Counted from the first letter of the whole stretch, positions 24,710-39,301 are shown. The stretch: 60,808 bases of DNA, filler included, from Bipalium vagum (GCA_037834085.1; 3 parts of 3 records of this genome joined end to end with filler, not necessarily neighbours in it); one strand, 5' to 3'. The notes: generated from the letters alone by a model not told the origin. A program made the numbers and translations.

Positions 24710-27700
24710 ATGAATTCATCTACCTATGGAAAGTCTCCTAAGATCAAACGCAATAAAACGGAATTAGACATTGAAAAGTGTCGAGCAGAAGGCAAATGGT
24801 TCAAATCTCGTGACTTAGCATCACAATTTCAAAACGAAAAACGATCATCAACATTAGGATCCCTATATTCAATTGTAATGGCCGAATTCAAGTTAGAAAT
24901 AGGCTACAACGACAAAGACATCATACCACTTGAAGAAGCTTTAGAAATCAAACGATATCTTGACGATGCCATGAATTCCATTGATGACGGATATAAATTG
25001 GAAGCGAAAATTTTATCGGCCAAATTGAAATATACTCAGAAAAAATACGAAGACGCCGTCAATTGTTTGGAAGCATTGAACTTGAAGACGATCAGAATCG
25101 AGCAAGGCAGTTCCAGATTGACGAAACTAATCGCCGAAGGATTCGCAATCATCGGCCTGTCACTAGAGGAAATGACCGGCACAGACAAGAATCCTCCAAA
25201 GGACAATTACGACAAGATAATCGAGCATTTGGAAATGGCAGGCGACTTATGCATCTACCACTTGCAGGAGCTTGACAAATCGATCGGAACCAGCTCAGCC
25301 AATATTAACGGAACCGTCTCCACAACCACCAGTAGCAGTGATGACGTGGACTACCGAGGTTTGGTATCAAAACTCATAAACAAAGCCATCCAGCGATCAC
25401 CGATTATTTCCATAACGACAAACAATTTACAAAAAGCCGTCAGTCGCTACCGACAACTATTGCGGTACTGTGAAACGGACAGTACGAAATCCCTACGTCA
25501 AACTCTGAGTCGGCAATTGGCGGAAGTGTTGCTCCGTTGTTTGTGTATCAGCAATTACCAGAAATACGAGCTGGAGACCGAGCGGAATGCCAGCCAATCG
25601 ACGATGATTCCGAGCACAGCCGCCATGTGGAAGCAGCCAATGAAATACCCTAGCGATAGGTTTTGCCCTTCGGATCACAACCAGGAAGTAATTCTTCTGT
25701 TGCTGATCAGCGAGTTCCTGGCAAATCAGGAGGCCGTGTTGAACCGGTCCCATGAGCTCAAGGAGGCTCGCACATCCACTTTGCGCAGCAGTCAGGCTGT
25801 CTACGATTTACTGGCCATCGTCCTGACGCGCCGTCACTGTTTCCCTTATTTGTCTCAGCTGCAGCAGCACGCACTCAAGTTCTCATACAAAGAGTTTCAC
25901 AGCTGGTTTCAGCTGGCGCTATCTTTGATGAGTGGCGGTCAATATTATCGGTCGTATCTCGTTCTGAAAGAGTGCCAGCGAATCGATGAGAATCGACCAA
26001 TCGTTTTCGTGCTTGGAGCCGTTCTTTGTTTGGAACGATTGCAAAATATCGAGGATGGTATCCAGATGGCCCAGCGCGCCGAGGAGCTCTACTTGGCGGC
26101 CAACGATTCGATAATGCTGTCTCGAGCACGATTATTGATCGGCCGCGGTTACTCCCAATCGGCGCTGCGTACTCGGGTAATTGAAGATCGTCGCGCTCTC
26201 CAACAAAAGGCTATGCATCAATATGAGCTGGCGGCTCGCGACGACCCGCTGGACTTTCAGAGTAGGTTCCAATTGGCTGTCGAGCAGGCTTGCGCGCGAC
26301 AAATCAAAGCGGCCCTGGAATCTTGTCTGGCAGCGATCAAATTGGCCGGAAACCATTGTGCGTCGTTGCATCTGTTGGCGCTGCTTTACAGCTCGTTGGC
26401 CCGATTGCAGGATGCCTGTCGAGTTGTGGACGGAGCCATTATGGAACACCCAACTGACGTGTCGTTGCACAAGACTCGGTCGAGGTTGCAATTGGCCTTG
26501 CACGGGCCCGTTGCGGCATTGAAAGCATACCGGGGTGTCTTGGAGGCTACAAAGGATCAGGAAAATGAACCAAGTGCTCCGTCCACGGGTATCATGAACG
26601 GGTCGATTGCAGCTAGTAAGCTGGAAACGTCTTCATCGGTAATGGGTGGTATGTCGTGTCAGTTGGATGAGAATAAGCAAAATCAAATGGAAGCACTGTT
26701 AGGGTTGACTGAGCTCTATTTGGATTGCAATATGATCAAAGAAGGTATAGCGTGGTTGGATACGGTGTCTGGAATGGGAGTCAGTCATTATCAGATTCTC
26801 TATTTAAAGGCTAGGGTGCTTGAAGAGCAGGGTCACTTAAAGGAAGCAAGAAATATGTACGAGAACGTTTTAGCTATAAATGGAAGTCATCTGAAAGCTC
26901 AGCAGCGATTGGTAAGATATTGATTTTCTTTAAAAAATAACCGTCAATCAAGGGAATTAAATGATTGCGGAATCCTTTTTAATTAATCGCCCCAACTAAC
27001 TATATATTTAAAATTCACAATAAATAAGAAGTCACTTAAAAAACAAACAACATTATTGATTATCAAGGTGTGAAAACAAGTAACTCAAAAATTAAAATTT
27101 TATCTACTACTAGTTAGTTAGATTTTGTTAGATAAAAATAAAGAACAAAAACTATTAATATTCCGGAAAAATACTATTTGAGGTATGCAGTAATCATTTT
27201 GATGGTTTCCTCATGAATTTAATTTATCTTTTTAACTTTCACACCTATATTTTTCATCAGAACTATTTTAAAATTTGAACTATTCTAGCACATTAAATGT
27301 AAATAAATGGTTAAACCATTATGTACTTTATTATACTGAAATGTTTTAATATTTAAATTTCGTTATTGTGTTAATTTTCTCTGATTTCTGCCTTTTGTTT
27401 TCAATATATATTTTTTTACAGTAACCTGATCAAAAAATATATAATTAATAATTTTAAAATTAATTTTACATAAATAATTTATTTATTCATTATTGCAATT
27501 AAGAAGTTTAAATTCATTTAGTAATTTTTCCTATTCCCGTAATAATTTCAATGTATTTTAACTTTTTGTTTATATTTAAACAATATATTAAAATATTAAC
27601 TAGTGCATTCTTTAAAATTTCGCGCATCAGACATTTAAAAAGATTTAGTTTATCCGTAATTGAAAATTATTTTTACATAATGGATAAAGATATTTTGAAA

Positions 27701-28176
27701 ATTAAAAATCCAATGATTCGTTTTCATAATGAAACATAAAATTCGAAAATTTTTGAGAGCTCTCTTTTTAGGGAAAACTACTTCAGAAATTAGGCCTTCA
27801 TCAGTTTTCAGAAAAAGTTCTAAGGGATGCTCTTTCCCTTGATCCAAATAGCAGTTTAACATGGCAACTTTTGGGCGACTTGTTGACAGAAATGTGTTCT
27901 CTTTCAAATTCCTTGATTAAATATGACGCATCGTTGGCGGTTGATGGCGAAAACGAAGACATGAAACATTTATTTACATCCAGAATTGACAGCTTCGACA
28001 ATTCGGATTCAGAAGATTACGAGAATGCTTTTTCCAAGTTATCACTCAACGCACAAAGCCACAGGGAAATGGTCGCCTATGCTACAAAATGTCTGACGGT
28101 AGCAGCCGATCTTGAGCTGACAGAGCCTATTGAATCATTTTATGTTTTGCCCCGATCGATAAAACAGTTCTGGTGA
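24710..28176 (+). CDS. TTC7: Tetratricopeptide repeat protein 7 (PI4KA complex scaffold), complete, 2 exons, ~868 aa
   Basis: Exon 1 24710-26911 (..KAQQRL|gtaag) and exon 2 27772-28176 (ttttag|GKLLQKLGLHQFSEKVLRDAL..). TTC7-like motifs: ELDIEKCRAEGKW, LSRQLAEVLLR, FCPSDHNQEVILLLLISE, VYDLLAIVLTRR, FHSWFQLALSL, LHLLALLYSS, and C-terminal ATKCLTVAADLE..P..F.VLPR. Confidence 0.92.
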
Positions 28177-31100
28177 TCAAGGACATCGATCGAATTAACC
28201 GGATTATTATTATATAGAAAGATTTATTTTTGATATTTATGAGAAGAGTATAAATGAAAAGCTTCCACTTCATTTATTATTTTTTATTACTGACGCTTCC
28301 ATTTGACGTAGTTGTTAAAATTCTAATTTTAAAAACATTTTTGTTCTCAGCTACGTGCTCCAAGCACTATCTGTATGCGTTATTCCAATAAATACATGTA
28401 AAATATTGTTGGGAAAAGTTCTGAACGAAAGCCGTTGATTCATTTTTATTGTTTTATAATTTTCTTTAAAATGTGAAAGTATCGATTATCTCTGTTATTG
28501 ATCTAAATTTTTTTTTAAAAATAGAAAATCAAACGAATATGTTTGATTTGTTTAAATCATCCATTTCTCTTCAGAATAATAAGTGTCATTAAACTGGAGG
28601 ATAAATTTGTCGATTTATTCTTTTTGTTAAATTGATGAAGTGTGCAACATTTTTATAATGTTTCTAGTTAGCGATTATAATGGTACAAAAGAGAATAAGG
28701 TTTTAAATATTATTTGAAAGGTTTACTACAGTAATTTTTGACTACCAAAAACTTCGTCTTTAACATACAAAAATTCTCACGGTTGAAAAAAATTTTATTG
28801 CCAGACTATGCTTTGTCATCCTGGCATGAAAATCTCCATTACGTAAGATACGTATTAATTATTTTGAAAGAAATTAATATACTTAATCTCCACTGAAAAT
28901 AAAAAAAAACAATTAATCATGTTTTTAGTAGGATTTCATGAGATTCCGTGAAAGTCAACATTGAAAATACTGTCCTTAATGGTCAACATACCAGAAATAT
29001 TAATCTTTAACATAAGCTTTGCCTATATTCATATCCCTCTAGTCATCCATCCGTGCTTCAAGCATCCCATAATAGGTTATACCGACTCGACATCCGAACT
29101 TTATCCAGGGGGCTAAAACAAAATTTTATTTTTTTTAAAGTCTCTTGAAATTGTATTAATATTTTTATTAACCAAGACACCATCAGAATCAATAATAAGT
29201 TTAAAATATTTTTTCAACAGTATCACAAAGCAATGTTGAGAAAATGATTACCTTTACTACTTCTACTGCCACTGCACTAGACACATTTAAGAATCAATGA
29301 TATTGTAATTTATATTCACTATATGATAAAATGAATCAAAATAATTAATGAGAGTCGATAGCTTAATTTTTTATAATATCAACGGAACACAATTATCTCC
29401 GACTAATTTTGATTCGAGCTCCTATTGTAATCTCTCAGAAGAACTAATCAAGAAAATTAAATCCTGTTCAGTGGATACATACATTTATCTTTAGTCCTCA
29501 TTGGGGAAAATTACTTTACTTGCAGCAGCTGATCATGACCTTAACTAATACTCAGGTAGTTAATGATGCCATTTTCATTAATTTTTTATTATTATTACTG
29601 AGAAACGCCAGCATATGTTATAATTTTAGTAATTTTTTTCTTTGCTCTATAATTAATTCTATATATAATAATAATTAATAATAAAATTTAAACTGATCAA
29701 GAAGCAGCAAACTATAATACTAAGATGGTAGTTTACCCTGAATTAATTAATTTTCATATTATTTATATTTTCAACTCTGTTATATTGCTGATTATTTAAT
29801 TCCTAAATAAACGCATCTGGATAAAAAACGATCATTTATAAATTAATGGGGCGAACTAAAACTTGAAAATAAGACTTTCGGTTAATTGTCTGGTCAAGAA
29901 ATAACAAAACATACAGGTTCTTTCAATTTCTTTTTTCAATGATCCTTTGATGAGCTTATTTAATAGAAATGTTAAATAGAATCTCCATAATTCGAACTAT
30001 GATTTTGAAAGGCTAATAGCATGAGGTAGAACGCTGCCCAAAATTTTTAAAATTTAAAACACGGGGCATATACCTATCGGAAGATTGCTTGAAAATATTT
30101 TAGGGCCATTTTGAAATTGTTGATGTTAGAAAAGAGAATCCAGAGATAAGGCAAGTCTCGATCTAGGATCTGAGTTGGAGAACTAATGATGAAGTATAAT
30201 GTTTAAAGTAACTGACAATAGCATTCAAAGTTATAAAATTCGCATACAGTTTAAAGTATAATATATAAGTAATGATTAACAAGCTGATAGGTAAAGGGCA
30301 CAAAAATGAAATTACAATTTTATTCTTTGAATATTTTAGGTTTCATAATTTTGTCTTATTTTATTTTATAAAATCAATATAGTATCACTTTTTATTCTTT
30401 TTCAGACAAAAGATTAAATATGAAATAATAATACATAAGTGAATGTCTGTGGTTTTCAAGGATATGGAGTCAACCTTGTCGAGATCGGTAGTCTTTAGAC
30501 GACCACAAGGTGTCTCACTGATAATCAAAATCATCAATTATTATAGTAGGACCTCTAGAATTATTTATCATTAAACATAGCATATCAATAAATAAATCAC
30601 TTACCAAAGTGCCGAACAGAATGCTCTACTAGAGTTCATCTTTATAACTGAAACAACAAAACTGAAAAATTGAATTTTTTGTTTTCTTTGCCTAAACGTG
30701 CATACTGCGAAGATTTTGCATTTTAATTTTCTTTTTTCCATTTTAAAAAACCATTAGTTTCTGCGATTATCTTATTATAATTTTTATAAAAATATCATCG
30801 GTCAATATTATTTCAGTATTTAATTATCTAAATACATCTTTTTTATCGATTAATAAAGTAATTTAATTCAAAATAAGTTGAGATATTTTTGAGAATTCTG
30901 TTGATAATAGTACTATATTGAGATTTTCTTACTGCATACAATTTTTTCGAGCAATTTTTAATAAAATTTATCAAATTATAAAAATATCTGTTAAATAACT
31001 TTTTCAAATCAGAATATATTTAAAATTAATTTTAGACTATGTAATTATGAATTATTTGAAACTTTAATATTTGCAAGATTAAAATCAACTAAAATATCTT

Positions 31101-31282
31101 TAAATTAATTTTTAAAACTCAAATAAGACAATTCGATAAATAAATCAAAATTTTATTGATCGTTATTAAAATGAATTATATCAAAATTGATTAATAGAAA
31201 TTGACCAATAGTTTTAAATGATAAATAAATGTTGGAGGGATTTAAATTTATTTTAGAATAGCTCTTAAAAATATATTGTTAA

Positions 31283-34200
31283 ATGGTATTTGAATCTATA
31301 GTTGTTGATTTGATAAATAAATATCTTGGCGATTATATTGTAAAACTAGACAAATCTCAATTGAAGTTAGGTCTCTTGGGAGGTAATCAGTTTTTTCTTT
31401 GTACATTCATAATATTGGTTTTTTAAGGTAACGTAAATCTAGAAAATCTTGATATTAAAGAAAATGCATTGGATAATTTCGACTTACCAGTTAAAGTTCT
31501 CCAAGGCCATATAAGTAAAACTTGTTTTTTGTCATTTAAAGAATAAATAAAATTGTAAAAATTTGGTTTCATATTTTCTTTCCATTGTCAACATAAACTA
31601 TTTCAAAAGGCACATTTTGTTTTCAAATTCAGAATTCCGATAAGCTTGCTTTTTAGTATTTTCTCTTGTTTTACGTCTTTTATTTCAATATTATATTGGG
31701 TGGATGAAAAGCTTTTCCGTATTTAGAATCCTTGAAATTAAATAGAAAGAGTCGAATAAAAGTATTTATTTAGCTATAATGATGCATCTTTATATTTATA
31801 TTCTTTTGCCATTTTTCAATTCATTATTCCATCACTGAAAACTTCGTCAATTTTTTGGTGGAAAATTAAAAAATCTCTTACATTATTGCATAAAACTAAA
31901 CTTTACACAAATGAAAGTTTTTCGGTAATTTAAATGAATGATAACCTTGTTAATGCCAGATCCTGACTTTGTGGTGGATGCAATATTACTTTCCATGGAA
32001 ATGATCATGATCTACTTTTGAACATTATTGACAATTTTATTTGATGTCTTATAAAATATTAAGAAATTTTCACATCTAATATTTTATTTTAGAAAAAATT
32101 GTTATTTTTTCACCAAATCTTTTATAAAAATACATTTTAATAAATTATCATAAATAATGTAAATTATCAAACGGTACCATCTCGTTTCATAAATTCACAT
32201 CTCTGAAACTTTACAATTTTACTTAATATGAACCAATATGTACCAATCTCAAGAATAACCTTACTCACTTCGAACTATTGATGTATATCCGTGAACTGCT
32301 TGTTTATGTATCTTTGTTTTAACTAAAAATGGCCTATTGTTCGAATTTTAACCTTTAACCTTTATCGGTGATATCGGACTCTTCACCTGAACATTTCCAA
32401 AACGCACAGTTTAATTATATCTCTTTAACAAAGGATAGCAGAATAAATATTTATTGGAACAAAATTGAATTTCGTGAAATTTGATCTTCTTTTTAAAACC
32501 TTCATTTTTTCAAAATATTTTATTTTCTTACAGAAATTCATTCAAGATCCATTGAATAAATCCACAAAAGCTAGTTGTTAAGAAAACCATTTAAATGTTC
32601 GATTTATTTTATTGAATCAAATCAATAATAAAATCATTAAAATTTATCTAAATTAATTTCCATGGCATTTTAAAACTAAATAAAAATATGTGGGAAGGCT
32701 AAAAAGTACTTAGATTCAACCCAAAATAATTAAGTCGCCTCAACAAAATTTTTTTAATAATACGTATATATCTATAGGTCTCATTTCTCGATATAACTTC
32801 CATAGACACACTGTTCACCAACCGACCATACCATTGAAACCTGTTTAAAGAAATTCTGATCTTTCATGATAAATTTTGTTACTTTATTTTTCATTTCATC
32901 CTTTAAAAACAAATTTATGTCATTGAAAATGTTTCTTCAAACGATTGAACAACCAAAAATCACTGGGTACACAATCTGGACTGTATGGATGATCCAAGTG
33001 CACAATTACAGTTTTTGTTTATGTGTCTTATGTTTTCTTGGATTTGTGAATGTGAGGATTATCATGGAGCCAAAAAAGCTCATAGCGGCGTTGGGTTTTA
33101 AGTATGAGGTAATCCGAATTTAGGATTTCAGTAAAATCAAGCCTTAAGATGCCGTTTCTGTCTTGAAAGACGTTCAATATGGCACATTTACGTTGCGAAA
33201 TTCCGAGCCGCAAGACCTTGAATTGTTTCTCATTTTCGAAAACCCATTCCTTTGACTCTTAGAGAAAAGAATGTAGACATTCAACGGCGTACCATCTCTG
33301 GTGTTTATATTGGATAAAAAATTTGATTCGACTGCCCCCACAGAAGATGAAGTTTTCTTTCACAGGCCATTTTTGGTCTAGCCATTATTTCGGCTGTTAA
33401 AAATCTCGTCACGAATTGCTCCATAAGTTTTGAATTCCCATTTGCTATAGAAGTAGCTAGAAGGTTCTTTGGCGTACATTTACCTTCTCATAAAGCTGCG
33501 TTTGAGTAATATTTAGTAAATTGTCACTATCTTTCAATTTTAGTAATTTCTTCACTAATTTCGACTCGTCTTGTACTTTTGATTGCATCGGACTCCTGTT
33601 CTACTAGTTCAATAATTTCGGATCCAGTTATGTTGAATTTTATTTAAGATCTTCGATAATTCTGGTAAGTACTTTTTAGCTTTACCACTTAAATAATATT
33701 ACAATATTATGAAGAATATTTTTAACCAATGTATCCTTTCTCTTTCTCTTATTCTCTTAATATTACTGGAATAATGTTTTCAGGCAAACTCACTTTGAAA
33801 ATCCCATGGAAAAATATCTATTCAGAGCCGGTCATTGCGGAACTGGACGGTCTGTATGTGTTGGTATTGCCAAATTCCGGTAGATTTTATGGTTGAGCAA
33901 TTGATTGGTTTTTTGACATGATTTTTTTTAGAAATCAAGTACGACGCAGTAAAGGAACAGAACTACAAAATTGAGACCAAAAAGAAGGAGCTGGAGTTAA
34001 TAGAAACCAATAAGTTGAAAAGAAATGAGACGAGTAAGTATAAATCGAGAAAGGAATTGAGAAACAGATGAATATTGATAATATTATTAATTTTATAATT
34101 ATCATTACAATATTATCAGAAAAGGATGCTGTTGTCAAGGACTCATTTGCGGAGAAATTAACGGCCCAAATTGTAAAAAATTTACAGATCAATATCAGCA

Positions 34201-34557
34201 ATATTCACATTCGTTATGAAGATACGTCAACGAGCCCTTCAAACCCGTTTTCTGTGGGACTGACATTAGCTAATTTATCTTTCCAGGTAACATTTTACGA
34301 GAAACGAGTTTTTTAATCGATAATTTATTGTAAATTTTTGATTATCATTTTATTTCTTATTTGAAAATGGTAGTGACCTTAATGTACTAATTTTTTATTG
34401 ATTAAAATTATTATTGATTCTTATTTTTTAGTCATTAGTTATTGTTTTTTCATAATTATTGTTGAGTTTATTAATATAATTTTATAATAATAATAATAAT
34501 TATTATTATCTACCATTATTAATATTTATAAATTAATAAAATAAATGATATATTTGA

Positions 34558-34601
<44 letters not shown>

Positions 34602-37600
34602 TAATGATTATAAAAATATTCGATATTCAATTGAGTTTATTTGACAGTATCGAAATATATATTGGTGGAAATAATTTTTTAATAAAATGTTATCTATTTA
34701 ATTCTTAAATATTTCTATTGAAATATTGATCCGTTTTCACACCGTATAAAATTCATGATAAATATTGACTTAATGATCCATCGATTTATCTATGTTTATA
34801 AAGTCTGATGATCTCTACTTCTGCAAATAATAATTCCTATTTTGAAATCATCAATTACGTTATCCATTTTTTCTATGAGTGTGGAGTCTGCCTGTCGAAT
34901 CGAACTGATTTTGTTTATATTTCGGGCTGTAAAATTAGACAATTTTTGATAAAGCAAAGTTTGAGACGAAATTTTATTGATAATTTTTTTTGATGTTCTT
35001 TTTTATTGATCTTAATGACAAAGAAAACATTTGATTCAGACCTGTGATGTAAATGGAACGAGAATAATTATCAAGGATGATTCGATCAAAGACTTTTACA
35101 AGGTACATATATTATTTATTTTTTACGAGGAAAAGATAGAAAATTCATTTGTTGATGAATTTTTTGACCGTATTTTCCATTTTACTCAGTCTGTGAACAT
35201 GGACTCGTTGGCCGTTTATTGGAACAGTAATACGAAATTGTTTTCCAGCTTGAATAGAGCTACGTTGAAGGTAAATAAGCACGTATTGATTGATATTGAT
35301 TGATTTCGAACATTTTCCTTTACAGGCAACAATGAAGCAAAATATCAGCTCCAGCTCAAATCGATTAACAAATATCACTTATTGTTAGTTTTTTTTTCTT
35401 TCTGTTACTTTCTTCTTCTATTTTTCCTTTCTGTCTTACTCTTATTTACAATCCCTGTTTCCTTTTTTCTTTCTCTCCTCTCATTTATTTTTCAAATTTA
35501 TAAATTCTTAAGTCGACTAATTTTTTATAGTGATATTCTCGTATCTTTCTCCTTCCTTTCTCCATTTCTAATTTTCTTTCTCTCTACTTGTCTTCTTCCT
35601 TTTAGTCTGTTTATTTAGACCTTTATTTATATCTTTCTCTTTTGCATTGTCTCCTGTTTTCTTTTTATCTCATTCTTTTTCTATTTTCCTTTTAGGATTT
35701 TTCATTTTCTCATATCTCTTTCAATCATTCTTTTTATTATTCCAGTGATAAAACCCATTTCATGTTCTGCCATGATGCAAATTCACATGAAACCCGAAGT
35801 GACTCAATTCACCGTTCCAAAACTCAGTTTGAATTTGACCCTGAACCAGATTGGCTTTCGAGTCACTCGTAATCAGTATGGAGATGTGATGAATTTCGTA
35901 GGGTCTATCGATCGAACGGTGACGAAAAATCGTTATCGCAAGTACAGGCCGGATGTTCCGCTGAAAGCACCGAACATTAGAAAATGGTGGTTGTTTCCCT
36001 ATCAAGTGGTTTTGGAAGAGCAAATTCGACGACGTCGTCGCATGTGGTCGTGGGAGTGTATCAGGGCTCATCGACAAATGTTCCATCTTTATGTCGATTT
36101 GTGGGAAAAGAAAATGCTTGACAAGAAACTGACGGAGCAGGAATTGAAGCAAATCGAGGTGGGTTATTGATTATTGATTTTTTATTATAATTATTAAGTT
36201 ATTTTATTTTAAATTTTATTATCGACATTATTGGTGTTTTTTTATTTTTTATTCATTGTTATTTATTATTTATTTTTATATTATGTGAATTTTAATTTCT
36301 TATTATTTTTATTAAGTGTCATTTTATTTTTTATTATATATATTATATAATATTGTATTATATATATTGTTTTGGTTTATTTTAATTATTTATTATTAAT
36401 TATTTAAAAATAAATAAATATTAATATTGTTAATAAAATTTTAAAATATTCATTTTTTTAATATTAATGGTATTATTATTATTATTATTATTATTAAAAA
36501 TATTGCTATTATAATTGCTTCTTTTATGAATAATTTTAATAACAAATTTTTTATTATTTTAATTTTATATTATTTTTTTCCAACCTCAGTAATAAAAGCA
36601 ATGTAATTATTCTCAATTTTAATTCAGAAAAAATATATAATGAAGTTTTCAAATCAATAATTGTCTATTTCTATGAACAAGTGTCAGCCCTCATAGAATA
36701 AGCTTAATTCAGAAAATTGTTTCGGTAAAGTTTTCGATCTCAACATGTTTTCTGTTTACGTCAAGGTCCCTATAATTTGTTTTGATTATTGTTAGTACTC
36801 TTATTATCGCAAATGACCAAATTGTGAAACGATAATCGACATGCACAAAAAGTGTTCCAGGGAAAAGTAAAGCACAATAAAAAAACAATGTTTCTAAAAA
36901 TATCCTGCAGGTATTCATTCAGTAATCGCTTAGAGAAGAAAGAAAAAACAATGAAAGCAAACAACGATAGAGAGAAAGACTTACCTTTTCAAAATGGGGC
37001 ACTGTCACTTTTACCAATAAATATTACACCACTGATAGTTGGGATTGAGGAACAAGTGAATGTTAAGAGATCACAAAAGTAATATTAAATAAAAATAGAT
37101 CTTGGCCTAGAATATTTCTCATTTAATCAATAAAAATGTGCTGGTTAAAAATGATAATTTCATTTTTTGATAACAAGTCTGCTAAACTTAAATCATCTCA
37201 AATTTTTGATTCTAGGGAAAATCAATTGAGTAAATTAAAATCTAGGACAATAAAAATCACTTTTGCGATTGTCTCTTTAATTTATCTGAACCAAACGTAC
37301 TTTCTTCATATCGACGCCAATTCGTAATTCCTTTTCATTTCTTTCTAATCAAAGAAGGCATATCTTGACATAATGAAAATGACACCTAAGATCTCATGTG
37401 TTATAATTTTTCCTTTTTTTCGTTATTGATTTGAATCAAAATGGTTGAAATATAATTAATGGATAGAGGGGGGAGAGGCGGAGGCAGTGCGTACACTAAT
37501 CACTGACTCTTGAAATTTGATCGATCAATTAAAAATCAAGATCAGATCATTCTTCTGTAAGCAGCATACATTAAAAATAAATGAAAAATTAAGTTTATAA

Positions 37601-38774
37601 TGCATGATAATATTTTTATAATGAGCTTTTTAAAGCTTCGTAATTATTTAATTTTAATTAATTAAATGATTTTAAAATTAAAAGTAATAATAAAAAAATA
37701 AAAAATAAAAAGGATGGTTAAATTAATTTAATGAATATTTAAAATATTTAAAATACAGGATTTTTCCTTTAATTTAGTCAAAATTTATACTAAATTAAAT
37801 AAACATTTGACTAAATTAAATGAATATTTGACTAAATTAAATGAAAAACCCTGTAGCATTATAAAAGGTAAATAATTTCAATTATAATAATATAAAATTT
37901 AAATGAAATCAATGATTAGATTAAATCAATAAATTTATAAAAGCAAAGAATTGATAATCCAATGATGTGATAATTTTATTGTTTTGTAAATCCTTTTATA
38001 AAGAGTTTATTTCAGACCATTGGAATTTTTATTTTGAAATCATAATTTATTTAATTTTAGGAAATAAAGGAGTTTGTAAATTATATAACATAAATAATAT
38101 AAAATAATAACTAGTATAATATAAATTTAAATTAATAAAAATATATAAAATAATGATTAATTAATTAAAAAAAATATATTTCAAATTATAAAAAAAATCA
38201 GTCATTATAAGTATTAAAACTATATTTAAATTTATAATTAATTCATGAAACTTTAAAATAAAATAATTCTTTTTACAATTTTTACGAAAATATTTTAAAA
38301 ATAAATAAATAATATATATATGTCATGGTTTTTATAATGTGCTTGCATTGATACATCATAGAGAACTTCAGGATTTCTTTCGATCTCATATCCTATAATA
38401 GAATGCAGAAAGAAATATTTTATATTTTAGTCATATATTATTTTTTAAACTAGTTTTTCTCGGTTTAAATTTATAATGATAAATATTTAGGCACCTATTG
38501 ATTAAAATTATTTATATCTTACTAATTATAATAATATATTTTATAATAATTTTTGTAATAATTTAAAATCAATTAAAATGAGTTAAAGAAAAATAATAAT
38601 AAAAAATACACATTAATATATCTTTATAAGAAAAATGTTTTTTGTTTTTTCCTTTGTTTTTTCTAATAATAATTTGATATTCGTTTTTTATTTCTGATTG
38701 TCAAATTTTAGAAATGTGAATTGGAACTGGACTTGCTGAATATCACATTATGTCGCCAACAAGCCGAAATGAAG
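31283..38774 (+). CDS. VPS13: VPS13A/C-type bridge-like lipid transfer protein, N-terminal chorein domain (first 10 exons; 3'-truncated at contig end)
   Basis: Exons 31283-31382, 31428-31514, 33784-33879, 33932-34033, 34120-34286, 35040-35102, 35190-35270, 35326-35383, 35746-36158, 38712-38774. Translation [120 protein letters not shown] matches the VPS13A/C N-terminus. Confidence 0.95.
31694..32727 (-). mobile_element. Internally deleted mariner relic in VPS13 intron 2
   Basis: Weak TIR-like ends (tattgggtgga.. / ..tcaacccaaaata) and [14 protein letters not shown] on the minus strand. Confidence 0.6.
32780..33490 (-). mobile_element. Mariner transposase relic in VPS13 intron 2
   Basis: LHDNPHIH and [28 protein letters not shown] on the minus strand. 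Confidence 0.8.
37756..37853. mobile_element. 98-bp MITE (Tc1/mariner type) in a VPS13 intron
   Basis: 27-bp TIRs caggatttttcctttaatttagtcaaa / tttgactaaattaaatgaaaaaccctg (2 mismatches), TA on both flanks. Confidence 0.8.
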
Positions 38775-39301
38775 GTCAGTGTTTCCATCTTTACTTTTCT
38801 TAACTTTTTAAAAAATTAATGATATTAATTTCTTCAGTATTATCAATATTTTTAATTTATAATCAATAACAATATTTAATTAATTCTAATCGATAACAAA
38901 AGTATTAAAAATCCATAACATTTTTAAAATAATTACCAATAACTTTGTGCTAATCTGATTTTTTTTATATTTTCAATGGTGTCACAGATAAAAAATAAAC
39001 CGTCAATAAAACGAGTGAGTGGTAGAGAAACATTATACAGCAATATATATATTATGATTATTATTTATATATATAATGTCGTCGTGTTCTGTGAAATGGA
39101 AGCGGAGAGGTTTTTTGTTGTATGTGATGGATGTTGTAAATCGACTAAACCAGTAGTCCTTTGTAGGAGAGAGGTGATAAGCAAATATTCCATCCTCTTA
39201 ATTTTAAAAATTGGTAAATTTTACATTTCAAAATTTTCTTAATAAATATTTAAAAATTATTTATTGAAAACCATTTGTTTACATTGTTACTATAATTCGA
39301 A

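Noticed and set aside
25063-26522. Overlapping alternative-frame and antisense ORFs within TTC7 (and similar ones over GMPPB and PMCA exons)
   Set aside because: Expected shadows of GC-rich coding sequence; no recognisable motifs.
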